Below, one piece after another: positions 1-9,600 of a stretch of DNA of 64,000 nt. The notes beneath the pieces were generated by a model. That model ran no database searches and was not told the DNA's origin. It worked only from the letters and a program-made list of their open reading frames with translations. This DNA is from Gammaproteobacteria bacterium (GTDB lineage: Bacteria > Pseudomonadota > Gammaproteobacteria > UBA4575), in assembly GCA_965243395.1 (NCBI GenBank), contig CBDEUS010000001.1:864001-928000 (forward strand), in the 5' to 3' direction. The stretch's first letter is position 1; the number at the start of each line of letters is the position of its first letter. Position numbers and translations under genes: made by a program.

Positions 1-1565
1 TATAAAATCTTTAAAAATTCCACCAGATCATCAATTTCAGTATCAGTAAGGTTTAATGGGGGTAATTCATGTGGAGTAATATTGGGATCTGGTGGGTCAT
101 TATAATACTGAACAATCTCTTTTAAGGTCTCAAATCTTCCATCATGCATGTATGGCGCAGTTACAAAAACATTACGTAGAGAGGGGACCTTAAATGCGCC
201 AGCCGCTGTTGATGACATATTGGTTTTTTTAGCAAACATAAAATGCTCACATTTATCCGGCGCATCACTGAACTGACTGCGACAATTAAAAACATCATAT
301 GCAACGGCTTGAATTCCAAATAGTCGCCCATAATCAAAATTATTATTTATATCTGGACCAGTACCGATATTATGAAAGCCATGATTTGTTAGCAATGGTC
401 CATTATGGCAGCGCATACAATGTGTTTTATTAGTATCCAGGAATAATTTCAAACCATTAAGTTGATTCTGAGTTAATTTCAGAGCTTTATTCTCTTCCAT
501 TCTTTCAATCATTTTATCAAGTTCAGATGGCTCATGCTGAATTGTGGATATATATGCTGCAAGAGATTTACCAATTATTGAAAATAATAAATTGATAGTA
601 TTTTTTTTCTCTGCATTTAATTTTTCCCAATTTTGTTTTTCAGTTTCATTACCATATGGTGAAGCATCTTTAAAAATATTATATTTTTGTCCGCTCAAAT
701 TACTATCCACTGTAAAAAGTAATTTCTTATATTTTTCATTCGATAAAACATAGTTGATTACAGAAGCTCTGTTATTATTCATTTCACCTTTTGTTTCAAT
801 TGGTGTTATTGCTTGTGCCCAGAGCGAATCTCTCCTCCCATCCCAGTAAAACCATTTTGAATGTGAAACACCAAGCAGAGTGGGTGAATGTCGTTTTGTT
901 TCAGCAGTGCCAAATGATTTTTTACGCCCATCACTGAAACTTAAATTAGGATGATGACAAGTTGAACAACTTATTGTATTAGACTTGCTTAAGTTTGGGT
1001 CAAAAAACAGTTTTTCCCCGAATTCAATTGCATGCTTATTGTTTAGGTATTTATTTGTTGGATCATTTACACTTCCGATTTGACTGATATGCATAGACGA
1101 AAGAAGTGTATGATTAAGCTCATAATTTTTTTCTTGCTTAATATCTGCATTAACAATTGAGAATTCTAATGTAGCTGTATCGAGGCCGCTTGGGCCTGTT
1201 AATGTTACTTGGAGTTGCCATTCCCCAGTCATATTGAACAAAACACCTTCTAACAGGAGTGATTTGTCTTTTAATACTCTTGTGAAATTTGGCTCACTTG
1301 GCAAACCATGACCATGCGAGGGCATGCCGCCGCTTATTGATAAATTACCTGGAATAAATTCTTTTCCGTCTTTGGTTTTAAATGTCACATACCATGAATG
1401 CATGTTCCGCAAAGGTATTGCATGTTCTTTTGTAGAAAAGGTAACTGAATATACACCGCGATTTGAGATAACAGTTTCCTGATAAGCAAAACTTGGATTT
1501 AACAAATTGAAAAATATAAATATGGAAAAAATAAATATATTTTTTTTAAGACTTTTTAGCCGCAT
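1..1565 (-). CDS. Secreted di-heme cytochrome c peroxidase/MauG-family protein fused to an N-terminal YtkA/FixH-like domain; stop codon at the window edge
   Basis: Absent from the ORF track. Manual translation from ATG 1565 gives a signal peptide, GGMPSHGHG...GVLFNMTGEW, FGEKLFFDPNLS, heme motifs CSTCH and CMRCH, FKVPSLRNV, APYMHDG, and ends DLVEFLKIL-TA. Confidence 0.85.
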   Translation of the reverse strand, partial: MRLKSLKKNIFIFSIFIFFNLLNPSFAYQETVISNRGVYSVTFSTKEHAIPLRNMHSWYVTFKTKDGKEFIPGNLSISGGMPSHGHGLPSEPNFTRVLKDKSLLLEGVLFNMTGEWQLQVTLTGPSGLDTATLEFSIVNADIKQEKNYELNHTLLSSMHISQIGSVNDPTNKYLNNKHAIEFGEKLFFDPNLSKSNTISCSTCHHPNLSFSDGRKKSFGTAETKRHSPTLLGVSHSKWFYWDGRRDSLWAQAITPIETKGEMNNNRASVINYVLSNEKYKKLLFTVDSNLSGQKYNIFKDASPYGNETEKQNWEKLNAEKKNTINLLFSIIGKSLAAYISTIQHEPSELDKMIERMEENKALKLTQNQLNGLKLFLDTNKTHCMRCHNGPLLTNHGFHNIGTGPDINNNFDYGRLFGIQAVAYDVFNCRSQFSDAPDKCEHFMFAKKTNMSSTAAGAFKVPSLRNVFVTAPYMHDGRFETLKEIVQYYNDPPDPNITPHELPPLNLTDTEIDDLVEFLKIL

Positions 1566-1837
1566 AAAGAATGATGTGATCTAGTTAACGTCCATACTAT
1601 TTATATGTGGTTCTATATTTAAACATTTGTTAAGTAAACTTGTGTTGGCGGAATGGGTGGTGATAATGGTGGCTAGTCAATTATTTGTGGGCCGATAAAT
1701 ACCAATCAGTTTGCATTAAGCGTAGATGAGGACCAAATAGGGGACACTGAACGATCTCATATATCAGAGCAAGTCAGTTACTTTGTAATAGATGGAGAGG
1801 TTTCTATTCAATTACAACCTAATAATTAATTTAGGAT

Positions 1838-2812
1838 TTATTCCATTACCATTGTTACCGTAGGCCTTCCTTCAAGTGTCCATTGATGCATCGAGCCATC
1901 ATATAGCTGAGTATTTTTAAAGCCTAGAATTTCGCTGAAAAAGAACCAACCACCTGATGCCATGTTTCCAGTATTGCAATAAGTAATTTTATTGTCGGAT
2001 GCTTCAATACCTAATGCATTTATCAATTGCTCAGCTACTTCATTTGAAGCCAGTGTTGTAGGGAATCCGCTTTTGAATATTAATTCAGTTGGGAAATTTT
2101 TAGCTCCGGAAATATGTCCGTAGTTACTTGCTGAGGAGCTTTTAGATGTTCCCAAGTATTGACTAATGGGTCGAATATCAACTAACTGGAGTGATTCTTT
2201 TGATGCAGCAGCAACTTCATCACTTGTTGCTAAAATTTCATCTCGCTCTGCAGTCGCAACCCAGTCACCAGAACTGATTTTGCTGGGCTTAGTATTTACA
2301 TCTCGGTTTTCCAGCAACCATTGCGCCATACCACCATTTAAAATAGAAAGATTATCATGGCCATAATATTTTATTTGCCAGTACAAACGTGTTGATAAAA
2401 GAATATCTCCAGCACCAGCACCTTTACTGACAATTACAATTGCATCATCTTTATTCACGCCAGCATTTTGCAATAATTTTTCAAATGCAGGTTTCTCGGG
2501 CAGTAAACTTTTAACAATTTTATCGCCAATTTTTCGATCTGCTCTGACATCTTTAAAATTTATTAATCTGGCATTAGGAATATGTCCGCCAATTCTGACT
2601 AATTGTTGCTTACCAGTTTTTTTGTCTTTAACGAATTTAGGTTCAGAGGTAAAACTTTGTATATTGCCGCGGACATCAAGGATAGTGACCTTGGATAAAT
2701 TTTCGGATAACCAATTTGTTTCTACGAGTGGGCCAGGTAACTGTGTTGCCTGGACCATTCCGCCGATTAAAAACAAAACAAAAAAGGTCAATATGTTATG
2801 AGTAATTTTCAT
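1838..2812 (-). CDS. Exported tandem-domain sulfurtransferase (rhodanese, SseA/TST-like)
   Basis: Signal peptide, LVETNWL, GHIPNA, LNGG, GHISGA, active-site loop YCNTG, LYDGSMHQW. Confidence 0.88.
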   Translation of the reverse strand: MKITHNILTFFVLFLIGGMVQATQLPGPLVETNWLSENLSKVTILDVRGNIQSFTSEPKFVKDKKTGKQQLVRIGGHIPNARLINFKDVRADRKIGDKIVKSLLPEKPAFEKLLQNAGVNKDDAIVIVSKGAGAGDILLSTRLYWQIKYYGHDNLSILNGGMAQWLLENRDVNTKPSKISSGDWVATAERDEILATSDEVAAASKESLQLVDIRPISQYLGTSKSSSASNYGHISGAKNFPTELIFKSGFPTTLASNEVAEQLINALGIEASDNKITYCNTGNMASGGWFFFSEILGFKNTQLYDGSMHQWTLEGRPTVTMVME

Positions 2813-2872
2813 TTTATCTCCTTAAAGATAATTTTTTTGTTTTAAGATTACCTAAAAATAAACATGTTCTTC

Positions 2873-2886
2873 TTGATATGCATCAA
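2873..2886. promoter_or_regulatory. FNR/CRP-family box upstream of the rhodanese gene
   Basis: TTGATATGCATCAA is a perfect TTGAT-N4-ATCAA, 61 bp upstream of the start codon. Confidence 0.6.
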
Positions 2887-2892
2887 AACAAG

Positions 2893-3501
2893 TTATTTTA
2901 ATTCTTCCAATAAATTGATAGACCGAGTCGATAGCTCGTAATATTTACGGTCTTCTGAAATATCTGTTCCTGTCTCATTTGTTAACTTGTTAACTCGAGT
3001 ATCTCTATTTTCCAACAACTCTTTGATATTCGCTCGATAAAATCCCAACATGGCAATAAGCCATTGTTCAGTTAATGATGCATCTCTAACAATAGGCAAA
3101 TTTTCTAACAAAATGTTCAACTCGTTTGCGCATTTCCATGTTTTTCCGGTTACCCAATGATTCACCGTAAACCAGCTCAATGGTTGCCCCATGTTGTCAA
3201 TAGCAAGTGCAACTACATGAGACCAAGCATCTGAATTATGAATCTCATCCATAGGCCTTGCAAAAATATGGAAATGGCCATGTTCATTCAACTGCTTATT
3301 TGGTGCAGCATGGCAATGGTAATAGGCGCGCCATGTTTCGCCACCAAAACACAAATAGCCAGCAGGGTATTTTTGATTTTCAATTATATTTGGGTTTTCA
3401 CCCAGAAAATTTAAGACAGGGTTGGTATGCACATCACCCATGTTTTGAATTACCTGAAAGAGCTGTAACCCCGCATCGTTATCAGTCAGGTTAATTGACA
3501 T
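2893..3501 (-). CDS. His-rich conserved hypothetical protein (DUF6969-like)
   Basis: Motifs YYHCH, EHGHFHIF, SHVVALAID and WFTVNHWVTG. Confidence 0.6.
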   Translation of the reverse strand: MSINLTDNDAGLQLFQVIQNMGDVHTNPVLNFLGENPNIIENQKYPAGYLCFGGETWRAYYHCHAAPNKQLNEHGHFHIFARPMDEIHNSDAWSHVVALAIDNMGQPLSWFTVNHWVTGKTWKCANELNILLENLPIVRDASLTEQWLIAMLGFYRANIKELLENRDTRVNKLTNETGTDISEDRKYYELSTRSINLLEELK

Positions 3502-3528
3502 ACATAAATGAAGAGTTTCTAGTGCAGA

Positions 3529-3768
3529 TTATTCAAACCCACAGGGGTTGCCAGTATCAAACCCGCATGGATTGCCAACATCTAAACCACATGGATTGTT
3601 AGCGCCCAAACCACAGGGAGCCATGTCCTCATCCACATATTGGTCATGAATTTCTTGATCAGCTTGTATGGGATCGGGTAATTTGTGACGTGTATGATCA
3701 AGTGCCACAGCAACTGTGGCCAGACCTATCGCGCCTCCCATAATCCAGCGATTTTGATTTTGTTTCAT
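3529..3768 (-). CDS. Small membrane-anchored protein with four C-terminal (N/A)PCG repeats
   Basis: N-terminal hydrophobic segment, then APCGLGAN-NPCGLDVG-NPCGFDTG-NPCGFE; operonic spacing with both neighbours. Confidence 0.7.
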   Translation of the reverse strand: MKQNQNRWIMGGAIGLATVAVALDHTRHKLPDPIQADQEIHDQYVDEDMAPCGLGANNPCGLDVGNPCGFDTGNPCGFE

Positions 3769-3777
3769 GCTCTATAT

Positions 3778-4968
3778 CTAGTTTGGTTGGTCAAGTTTTA
3801 GTAATGAACGAAAATGTACACCCACTATATTGCCGATGAATCCAGTGACTAACCATAACCATCCATGCAAACTACCAGATGATATACCGGCAAATAATGC
3901 GCCTATGTTACAACCAAATGCCAACCGTGCTCCATAACCTAATAGTAATCCACCAATAACAGCAGAGACTAAACCATTCCATTTTATTTTACTGGCGGGT
4001 GCAAATTTTCCAGCTAACGCGGCAGCCAAAACCGCACCTAAAATAATTCCAAAATTCATTAACGATGTTGTATCAGCTAATACACTCTGCTCAAGAGCTA
4101 GGGAAGGGTAGCCGCTACTCCAGTAAGGCACCGCTGCTACATTACCGCCAAGAGCGGCCCAAATTTTTGCACCCCATAACCCAAAAGCAAAAGTTATTGA
4201 CCAAGTATGTCCAGCCACCAGTAATGTGATAAAACTCAGGATAGCGATGCTTATTGCTCCCCACCACAAAGGCCAAGGCCCAAATAGCAACTTAGCAGAT
4301 ACATTGTCATCACGTTCACTAGTGCGTAACGCTGCTACCTCTTTATTGCGATTAGCTTCCATTTTAATCACAACGATATAAAGCGCTGCCAACACGCCTA
4401 GTTGAATTAGAAGGGCAGGTATCCAACCTAATAGTTGAATAAATGAAATCGTACCCATGCTTGGAAGACTTAACCACCAATGTAAATGCATTGAACCAAT
4501 AAATGCACCCACAATAAAAAAACTTAGAGTAATTAACATGCGAATGTGACCGCCACCTACCGTAAACAAGGTGCCAGAACCGCAACCGCCACCTAGTTGC
4601 ATGCCAATTCCAAACAAGAAGGAGCCAACCATTATGGAAACCCCAACTGGAGCATTAGCGCCTTGAACATTAAGTTGAGGGAAAATTTCTCCTAGAATCG
4701 GGAAAAACAATACTGTGCATATTGCAAACAGTAAAAGTTGTGCACGAATACCCGCGCTTCGTCTCTCTCGAATAAAGTTACGCCAACCACCTGTGAAGCC
4801 AAACGAAGCATGATACAAGCTAATACCAAGTCCAGCTCCAATAATAAAAAGAAAGACTTGTTTTGATGCAAATGCATTTTGTAAAAAAAATGCAACTAGA
4901 ATAATTGCTATTGCGGTTAACAATGTTACAGCTGTGTCAGACTTTATGCTTGGTGCGATAGAAGACAT
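3778..4968 (-). CDS. YeeE/YedE family thiosulfate/sulfur transporter
   Basis: Multi-pass membrane protein with FGIGMQLGGGCGSGTL and GYGARLAFGCNIGA motifs. Confidence 0.9.
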   Translation of the reverse strand: MSSIAPSIKSDTAVTLLTAIAIILVAFFLQNAFASKQVFLFIIGAGLGISLYHASFGFTGGWRNFIRERRSAGIRAQLLLFAICTVLFFPILGEIFPQLNVQGANAPVGVSIMVGSFLFGIGMQLGGGCGSGTLFTVGGGHIRMLITLSFFIVGAFIGSMHLHWWLSLPSMGTISFIQLLGWIPALLIQLGVLAALYIVVIKMEANRNKEVAALRTSERDDNVSAKLLFGPWPLWWGAISIAILSFITLLVAGHTWSITFAFGLWGAKIWAALGGNVAAVPYWSSGYPSLALEQSVLADTTSLMNFGIILGAVLAAALAGKFAPASKIKWNGLVSAVIGGLLLGYGARLAFGCNIGALFAGISSGSLHGWLWLVTGFIGNIVGVHFRSLLKLDQPN

Positions 4969-5274
4969 ATGCGGAATTAATTATGTAATATTGTATTAAT
5001 ATGACTAATGTAATAAGTACGCATGGCGTACAATATAAAAAAGTTGAGCGCAAATTATAGCACTAAGGATGAATAGTTTTCGCAGGTCGCCTCATTACTG
5101 GTCTGATTGAAAAAGTAAGCTTTTCAAGTATTTAAATCAGGCTTTTTTCTCTTTAATACCTCTAAAACATTCACATCAACAGGAAATACCTAGATACTCC
5201 ATTTTGGTACTTATCAGTCTAAAAACAGACAGGTAAAGTCAAGCTGTGCTTACAAATCTCAAAAGGATCTAATC

Positions 5275-5961
5275 TTGAATGGATGCGACTTTCTGAAATC
5301 GGAAAAGGAAAAATTATTAAATCATCCTCTATTCGATGACCCGTTCCTTTCCACGATATCGTCCCTGGGTACCTTTGCACACGATAAAGCTAAGCGATTC
5401 GCTCATCTTTACTATCCACACATATTAAGAACGAGGTTATATCAGGCAAATACATTGGGTATTACGCCCGATGAAAATATTCAGTTTGTGTTATCTGAAA
5501 TTCTTTACGATGAGTATGGCTCAGGCACGCTGGAACATTCTCATATGGAACAATATCGCAAGTTTATGTATGCCCTGGGCTTTAAGCAGGATGAACTTAA
5601 AGAAGAAGAAATCATTCCAGAGCTGGAAATGTATATCAGTACAATGATGCGGTTGACTCAAGGTGATGATTGGATAGCCGCACTTGCTGCGGTGGGGGTC
5701 GCAAGTGAACATGCAATTCCAAAATACTATTCATTGTTGTTGCATGGTTTAATAAGGATTCCAGGCATAAAAGATAGTGATTTGGAATTATTCGTTGGCC
5801 ATATCAGTTTAGATGAAGAACATTCACAGCTAGTAGAGCAATCTATACTTCCTTATCTAGATTCCCAGGAAAACCAGAAAAGCTTTTCACGCGGTTTAAA
5901 TATAAATATGGAGGCAAGAAGAGAGTTTCATGCGGGTTTGCACAGAGAAATATTTAGCTAA
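5275..5961 (+). CDS. Heme-oxygenase-like iron-containing redox enzyme (TenA/PqqC/CADD superfamily)
   Basis: Metal-ligand pattern DEYG...HSH, then E, then HISLDEEH. Confidence 0.7.
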   Translation: MNGCDFLKSEKEKLLNHPLFDDPFLSTISSLGTFAHDKAKRFAHLYYPHILRTRLYQANTLGITPDENIQFVLSEILYDEYGSGTLEHSHMEQYRKFMYALGFKQDELKEEEIIPELEMYISTMMRLTQGDDWIAALAAVGVASEHAIPKYYSLLLHGLIRIPGIKDSDLELFVGHISLDEEHSQLVEQSILPYLDSQENQKSFSRGLNINMEARREFHAGLHREIFS

Positions 5962-5979
5962 CCAATATAAATTCATAAC

Positions 5980-6804
5980 ATGTTACTAAAAAAAAGAATA
6001 TCCGAGTTTGTTGAGCACCCAAAGTTTACCCATTTCATAACTATTTTAATTCTAATCAATGCGGTAACGCTTGGATTAGAGACGGATAACAATATTATGA
6101 ATAAGTATGGGTTTTGGCTTGTGCTTATCGACAGGATCATTCTAGTTGTTTTTACAGTTGAGTTATCACTTAAATTCTATGCATACAGATTTTCATTCTT
6201 TAAATCCGGATGGAATATATTTGATTTAATAATTGTAACTATTGCATGGGTTCCCACTACCGGGGCGTTATCCGTTCTGCGCGCGTTAAGAATTTTGCGT
6301 GTCTTAAGACTAGTATCTGTAGTTCCGCAAATGCGAAGAGTCATAACAGCGCTAGGTCATTCAATTCCAGGTATGGCATCTGTTATTGGCGTGCTTTGTA
6401 TAATTTTTTATGTTTCTGCAGTGTTAACTACAAAACTATTTGGAGATCATCCAGATCCAAACATGCAAGAATGGTTTGGCTCTGTAGGCGCATCGGCTTA
6501 TACGCTATTTCAGATAATGACACTTGAAAGTTGGTCAATGGGCATCGTCAGACCTGTAATGGAGCATTACCCACTTTCATGGATTTTCTTTGTTCCATTT
6601 ATCATCATTACAAGTTTTGCGGTTCTCAACTTATTCATTGGAATTATTGTAGATGCCATGCAAATGGCACAGAAAGAAACCAGGCACGATGACAAGTCTG
6701 AAATTAAAGACTTTACTCGTGATGAATTAGTATCAATTCATAAACGTTTTGATGATTTACAAACTGAACTAGTAAGAATCAAAAAACGTTTCGATAATGA
6801 GTGA
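5980..6804 (+). CDS. Bacterial voltage-gated sodium channel (NaChBac/BacNav type)
   Basis: S4 segment LRALRILRVLRL, WNIFD, selectivity filter TLESWS, C-terminal coiled coil. Confidence 0.9.
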   Translation: MLLKKRISEFVEHPKFTHFITILILINAVTLGLETDNNIMNKYGFWLVLIDRIILVVFTVELSLKFYAYRFSFFKSGWNIFDLIIVTIAWVPTTGALSVLRALRILRVLRLVSVVPQMRRVITALGHSIPGMASVIGVLCIIFYVSAVLTTKLFGDHPDPNMQEWFGSVGASAYTLFQIMTLESWSMGIVRPVMEHYPLSWIFFVPFIIITSFAVLNLFIGIIVDAMQMAQKETRHDDKSEIKDFTRDELVSIHKRFDDLQTELVRIKKRFDNE

Positions 6805-6926
6805 ATTATCTTTGGTTCCTCCACAAGTTCATTTGCGCATAATAACCATGCTATAAAAAACTCATTATTTGATTACATTTTAATCAAACTCTTGCATGAC
6901 ATGAAATTAGGTCCAAAATTGGACTC

Positions 6927-7571
6927 ATGTGTGGCAGGCATTTCCTTGATAGCTATTTTGACGACTTGGAAGCGTATTTCGACCTCGTCAATCATGTTGA
7001 TTTTAAACCTCGTTACAACATCGCACCCCAAGCCAATGTCCTAACCGTCTTCAAAGGCGATGAAGGTTATGACTTAGCAGAGATGCATTGGGGCATTGTT
7101 CCTCCATGGGCAAAAGAAGATACCTTCAAACGACCACTCTTCAATGCAAGAAGCGAAACCATATGGGAGAAACCTTCGTTTCGACATCTCGTAAAAAGTA
7201 AACGCTGTCTTATTCCTATTTCAGGATTCTTTGAATGGAAGCGAGAAGGCTCTACCAAACAACCTTATGTGATCCATGTAAACAATGAGCCCCATATGTT
7301 ACTTGGTGGGATTTATCAGATTAGTAAAGACGGTGAGTTTCAACATTGCATTGTTACCACTGAATCCAATAAGGCTATGAGTGAAATACATAATCGCCAA
7401 CCTGTGATTTTAGATTTAGAAGAATCAAAAGTATGGATGGAAAGTGAAGATCAAACAGAGATCGATAATTTAATGCAAGCGTGTCCGAATGATTGGATAG
7501 AGATGTATCCCGTGAGTGACTACGTCAACAATGCTAGAAACCAAGGGCCTGAATGTATAAAAAGAATATGA
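6927..7571 (+). CDS. SOS response-associated peptidase (SRAP/YedK/HMCES family)
   Basis: N-terminal MCGR, RYNIAP, WG, NARSET, GFFEW, IHNRQPVIL. Confidence 0.92.
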   Translation: MCGRHFLDSYFDDLEAYFDLVNHVDFKPRYNIAPQANVLTVFKGDEGYDLAEMHWGIVPPWAKEDTFKRPLFNARSETIWEKPSFRHLVKSKRCLIPISGFFEWKREGSTKQPYVIHVNNEPHMLLGGIYQISKDGEFQHCIVTTESNKAMSEIHNRQPVILDLEESKVWMESEDQTEIDNLMQACPNDWIEMYPVSDYVNNARNQGPECIKRI

Positions 7572-7574
7572 GGA

Positions 7575-7814
7575 GTGAATATGATATATGACCCTAAAAG
7601 AACCAAAGCAGAACAAGAAGCTGAAGTATGGAAACATCAAGCGGAAACTTTTTCAGGTTTATACACAGGTGAGTTTAGAGAAAACAAAAAAAACCAAAGA
7701 TTACTCAAAATATTGAGATATAAATATAAAAAGCTACTGCGTGCTTACAACAAGCTTTTAAGAGGTGTAGATGGAACATTGCCTTTAAAAGGCAGGATTT
7801 ATATTTATGATTAA
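7575..7814 (+). CDS. Small basic hypothetical protein
   Basis: ORF directly after the SRAP gene with GAGGAG upstream. Confidence 0.5.
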   Translation: MNMIYDPKRTKAEQEAEVWKHQAETFSGLYTGEFRENKKNQRLLKILRYKYKKLLRAYNKLLRGVDGTLPLKGRIYIYD

Positions 7815-7867
7815 TAATCTGCTAGCTTTCAATTTATGGATATATGCTTACATATAAATTGTGACTA

Positions 7868-8248
7868 TTGATGATGACTAAGATTTTGTTAGGAATCGTA
7901 GTTGTTTTGATTCTATTTGGACTCGTCAAATTGTATTCGAGAGATTCTGCTACAGTGGAGCAGGCATTACTTGTTGAAAAGTACATTAAAGATTATTGCC
8001 AGACACACAATCGATATCCTGAAATTGAGAAGCTGGAGAGTCAATTTTCCCATCTGTATCCAAATCAAGAATGGTTTTACTGGCCCAACGAAACATGGAC
8101 TGCTGCAAGTTTTCAGTATCCCATGACCTTGCCACTGCCTTCTGCGATTGGTAGTTCTAAAGTGTCTGAATTTTTTCCTATCATTTACTCTTACGTTGTC
8201 AGACATCCCTGTAAGGATTTAATCAAGGAAGCATCTTCAGAGCAATAA
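7868..8248 (+). CDS. Hypothetical protein with N-terminal TM/signal segment
   Basis: 126-aa ORF followed immediately by a 28-bp site. Confidence 0.6.
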   Translation: MMMTKILLGIVVVLILFGLVKLYSRDSATVEQALLVEKYIKDYCQTHNRYPEIEKLESQFSHLYPNQEWFYWPNETWTAASFQYPMTLPLPSAIGSSKVSEFFPIIYSYVVRHPCKDLIKEASSEQ

Positions 8249-8251
8249 GAT

Positions 8252-8279
8252 ATGATTGTTTACGATTCAAAGCGGATAT
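8252..8279 (+). repeat. 28-bp palindromic cassette site
   Basis: ATGATTGTTTA CGATTC AAAGCGGATAT. Confidence 0.7.
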
Positions 8280-8329
8280 CTAAGTGAAGCATGAGTTGCA
8301 ACAAAAGTATTCGGACTATAGGCAGATCA

Positions 8330-8779
8330 TCATGATGATGATTTTTCAGCGAAGTCTTTAAACTGATTCATAAATGCTTGAATTTTCTTTTCTAGCAATT
8401 CAGGCATGAAAATTGTAATAAGTTTGAGCAAAGCGTTAGAACTTGTGATTTCTAAGTTCAGCATCCATATAGTTTTGTCTTCATTACGTTCGTAAAATTT
8501 ATTTTCGACTGAATAGGAAATTGCATCTGTTACATAGGTTGCGCAAAACTTGTTGGGATGATTGTGTATCGTTATAGTTTTTATGATCTCTATATTGCGC
8601 CAGAAAACTTTATGAGTAAGCTTCGATTTAGCCCCGAAGGCAAATCTATCTCCACTACTCATTTGCTTGAAACCAACAAGACTGGGTTGCCACTTAGAGA
8701 GATTCTCAGGATTGAGAAATAACTCAACTACGTGTTCACGTGGTTGATTTATTTTGATTTCATATTGGTTACGCATCAC
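8330..8779 (-). CDS. SRPBCC (START/polyketide cyclase) family protein
   Basis: IKINQPREHVVELF...PENLSKWQP pattern and a C-terminal helix ending FKDFAE. Confidence 0.7.
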   Translation of the reverse strand: MMRNQYEIKINQPREHVVELFLNPENLSKWQPSLVGFKQMSSGDRFAFGAKSKLTHKVFWRNIEIIKTITIHNHPNKFCATYVTDAISYSVENKFYERNEDKTIWMLNLEITSSNALLKLITIFMPELLEKKIQAFMNQFKDFAEKSSS

Positions 8780-8895
8780 GTAGCAAACTAAAGAAAGTAC
8801 TAGACAATAATATACTAGTGCAAATGAGTGTTATAACTTATAAAAGCAGGCACTTTTAAACAGACAATAAGGTTGATGTGTCCTCGAACGAACAA

Positions 8896-9130
8896 AATCC
8901 ATAGGCGTTTGTTGAAAATTGATGCTGAAAAATACTGTGTAAAAGACATCCCCAAAATACCTTCAAAATTGTTTGTTTAAATGATTAGTGGAGGCGGCGT
9001 CAACCGGGTAAATGTTCTATCTATCTGAATTAGTTGAAAATAACTATAAGCTATCTTGATTTATACTCCCCAAATATACCCCCATTATTATTGGATTTAA
9101 ATAGACTTTATAGGACGTTATAGGTTTATT
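8896..9130. mobile_element. Island junction: duplicated tmRNA 3' end (att core 8988-8999) with arm-like flanks
   Basis: GTGGAGGCGGCG matches the tmRNA 3' end. The left flank is homologous to 41340-41432. The right flank (TACTCCCCAAATATACCCCCA) is homologous to 23400-23530. Confidence 0.8.
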
Positions 9131-9158
9131 CTGTTTGCTTACGTCCCAAAACCGATAT
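9131..9158 (+). repeat. 28-bp cassette site (degenerate)
   Basis: CTGTTTGCTTA CGTCCC AAAACCGATAT. Confidence 0.55.
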
Positions 9159-9204
9159 TATTCTTTAGTATAAGAAAATCGCCTGGAAAAGGTGGTATAG
9201 CATT

Positions 9205-9549
9205 ATGAGATTTGAAATAAATAACAAATCTATTGAAACGAATGAACAAGGATTTTTAATTAATCTCGACGACTGGAATGAAGAGGTGGCTTCTCATCTA
9301 GCAGAACAAGATGGGATAAAGCTTTATGTAGATCATTGGGAACTAATTTTATATTTTCGTGAATATTATAAAGATAATTTAGTAAATCCTACAATGCATC
9401 AAATGGTGCTTACACTTGGAAAGCAAAAAGACAAACATTTTCATGACTTAAAAGAGTATGAAAAACACATCTACCAACTTTTTCCAACTGACCCCATCCA
9501 TGAAATATGTAAACTTGCTGGTCTTCCCATGCCACAACCAGATACTTAG
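9205..9549 (+). CDS. TusE/DsrC-family protein lacking the terminal cysteine (RspA-like)
   Basis: NEQGFLINLDDWNEEVA, HWELILYFREYY, ICKLAGLP; ends PQPDT. Confidence 0.8.
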   Translation: MRFEINNKSIETNEQGFLINLDDWNEEVASHLAEQDGIKLYVDHWELILYFREYYKDNLVNPTMHQMVLTLGKQKDKHFHDLKEYEKHIYQLFPTDPIHEICKLAGLPMPQPDT

Positions 9550-9555
9550 AAACAA

Positions 9556-9583
9556 TAGCCCTGAATCAACCTAAAGCAGACAT
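9556..9583 (+). repeat. 28-bp cassette site (degenerate left arm)
   Basis: TAGCCCTGAAT CAACCT AAAGCAGACAT. Confidence 0.55.
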
Positions 9584-9600
9584 GCATTAATATCTCAGTA

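Noticed and set aside
544-753. 69-aa + strand ORF
   Set aside because: It is a shadow of the minus-strand peroxidase gene.
8826-8866. Possible extra 28-bp sites (AAAGCAGGCAC and AAACAGACAA arms)
   Set aside because: Only right-arm similarity is visible, so they cannot be supported without PWM scoring.
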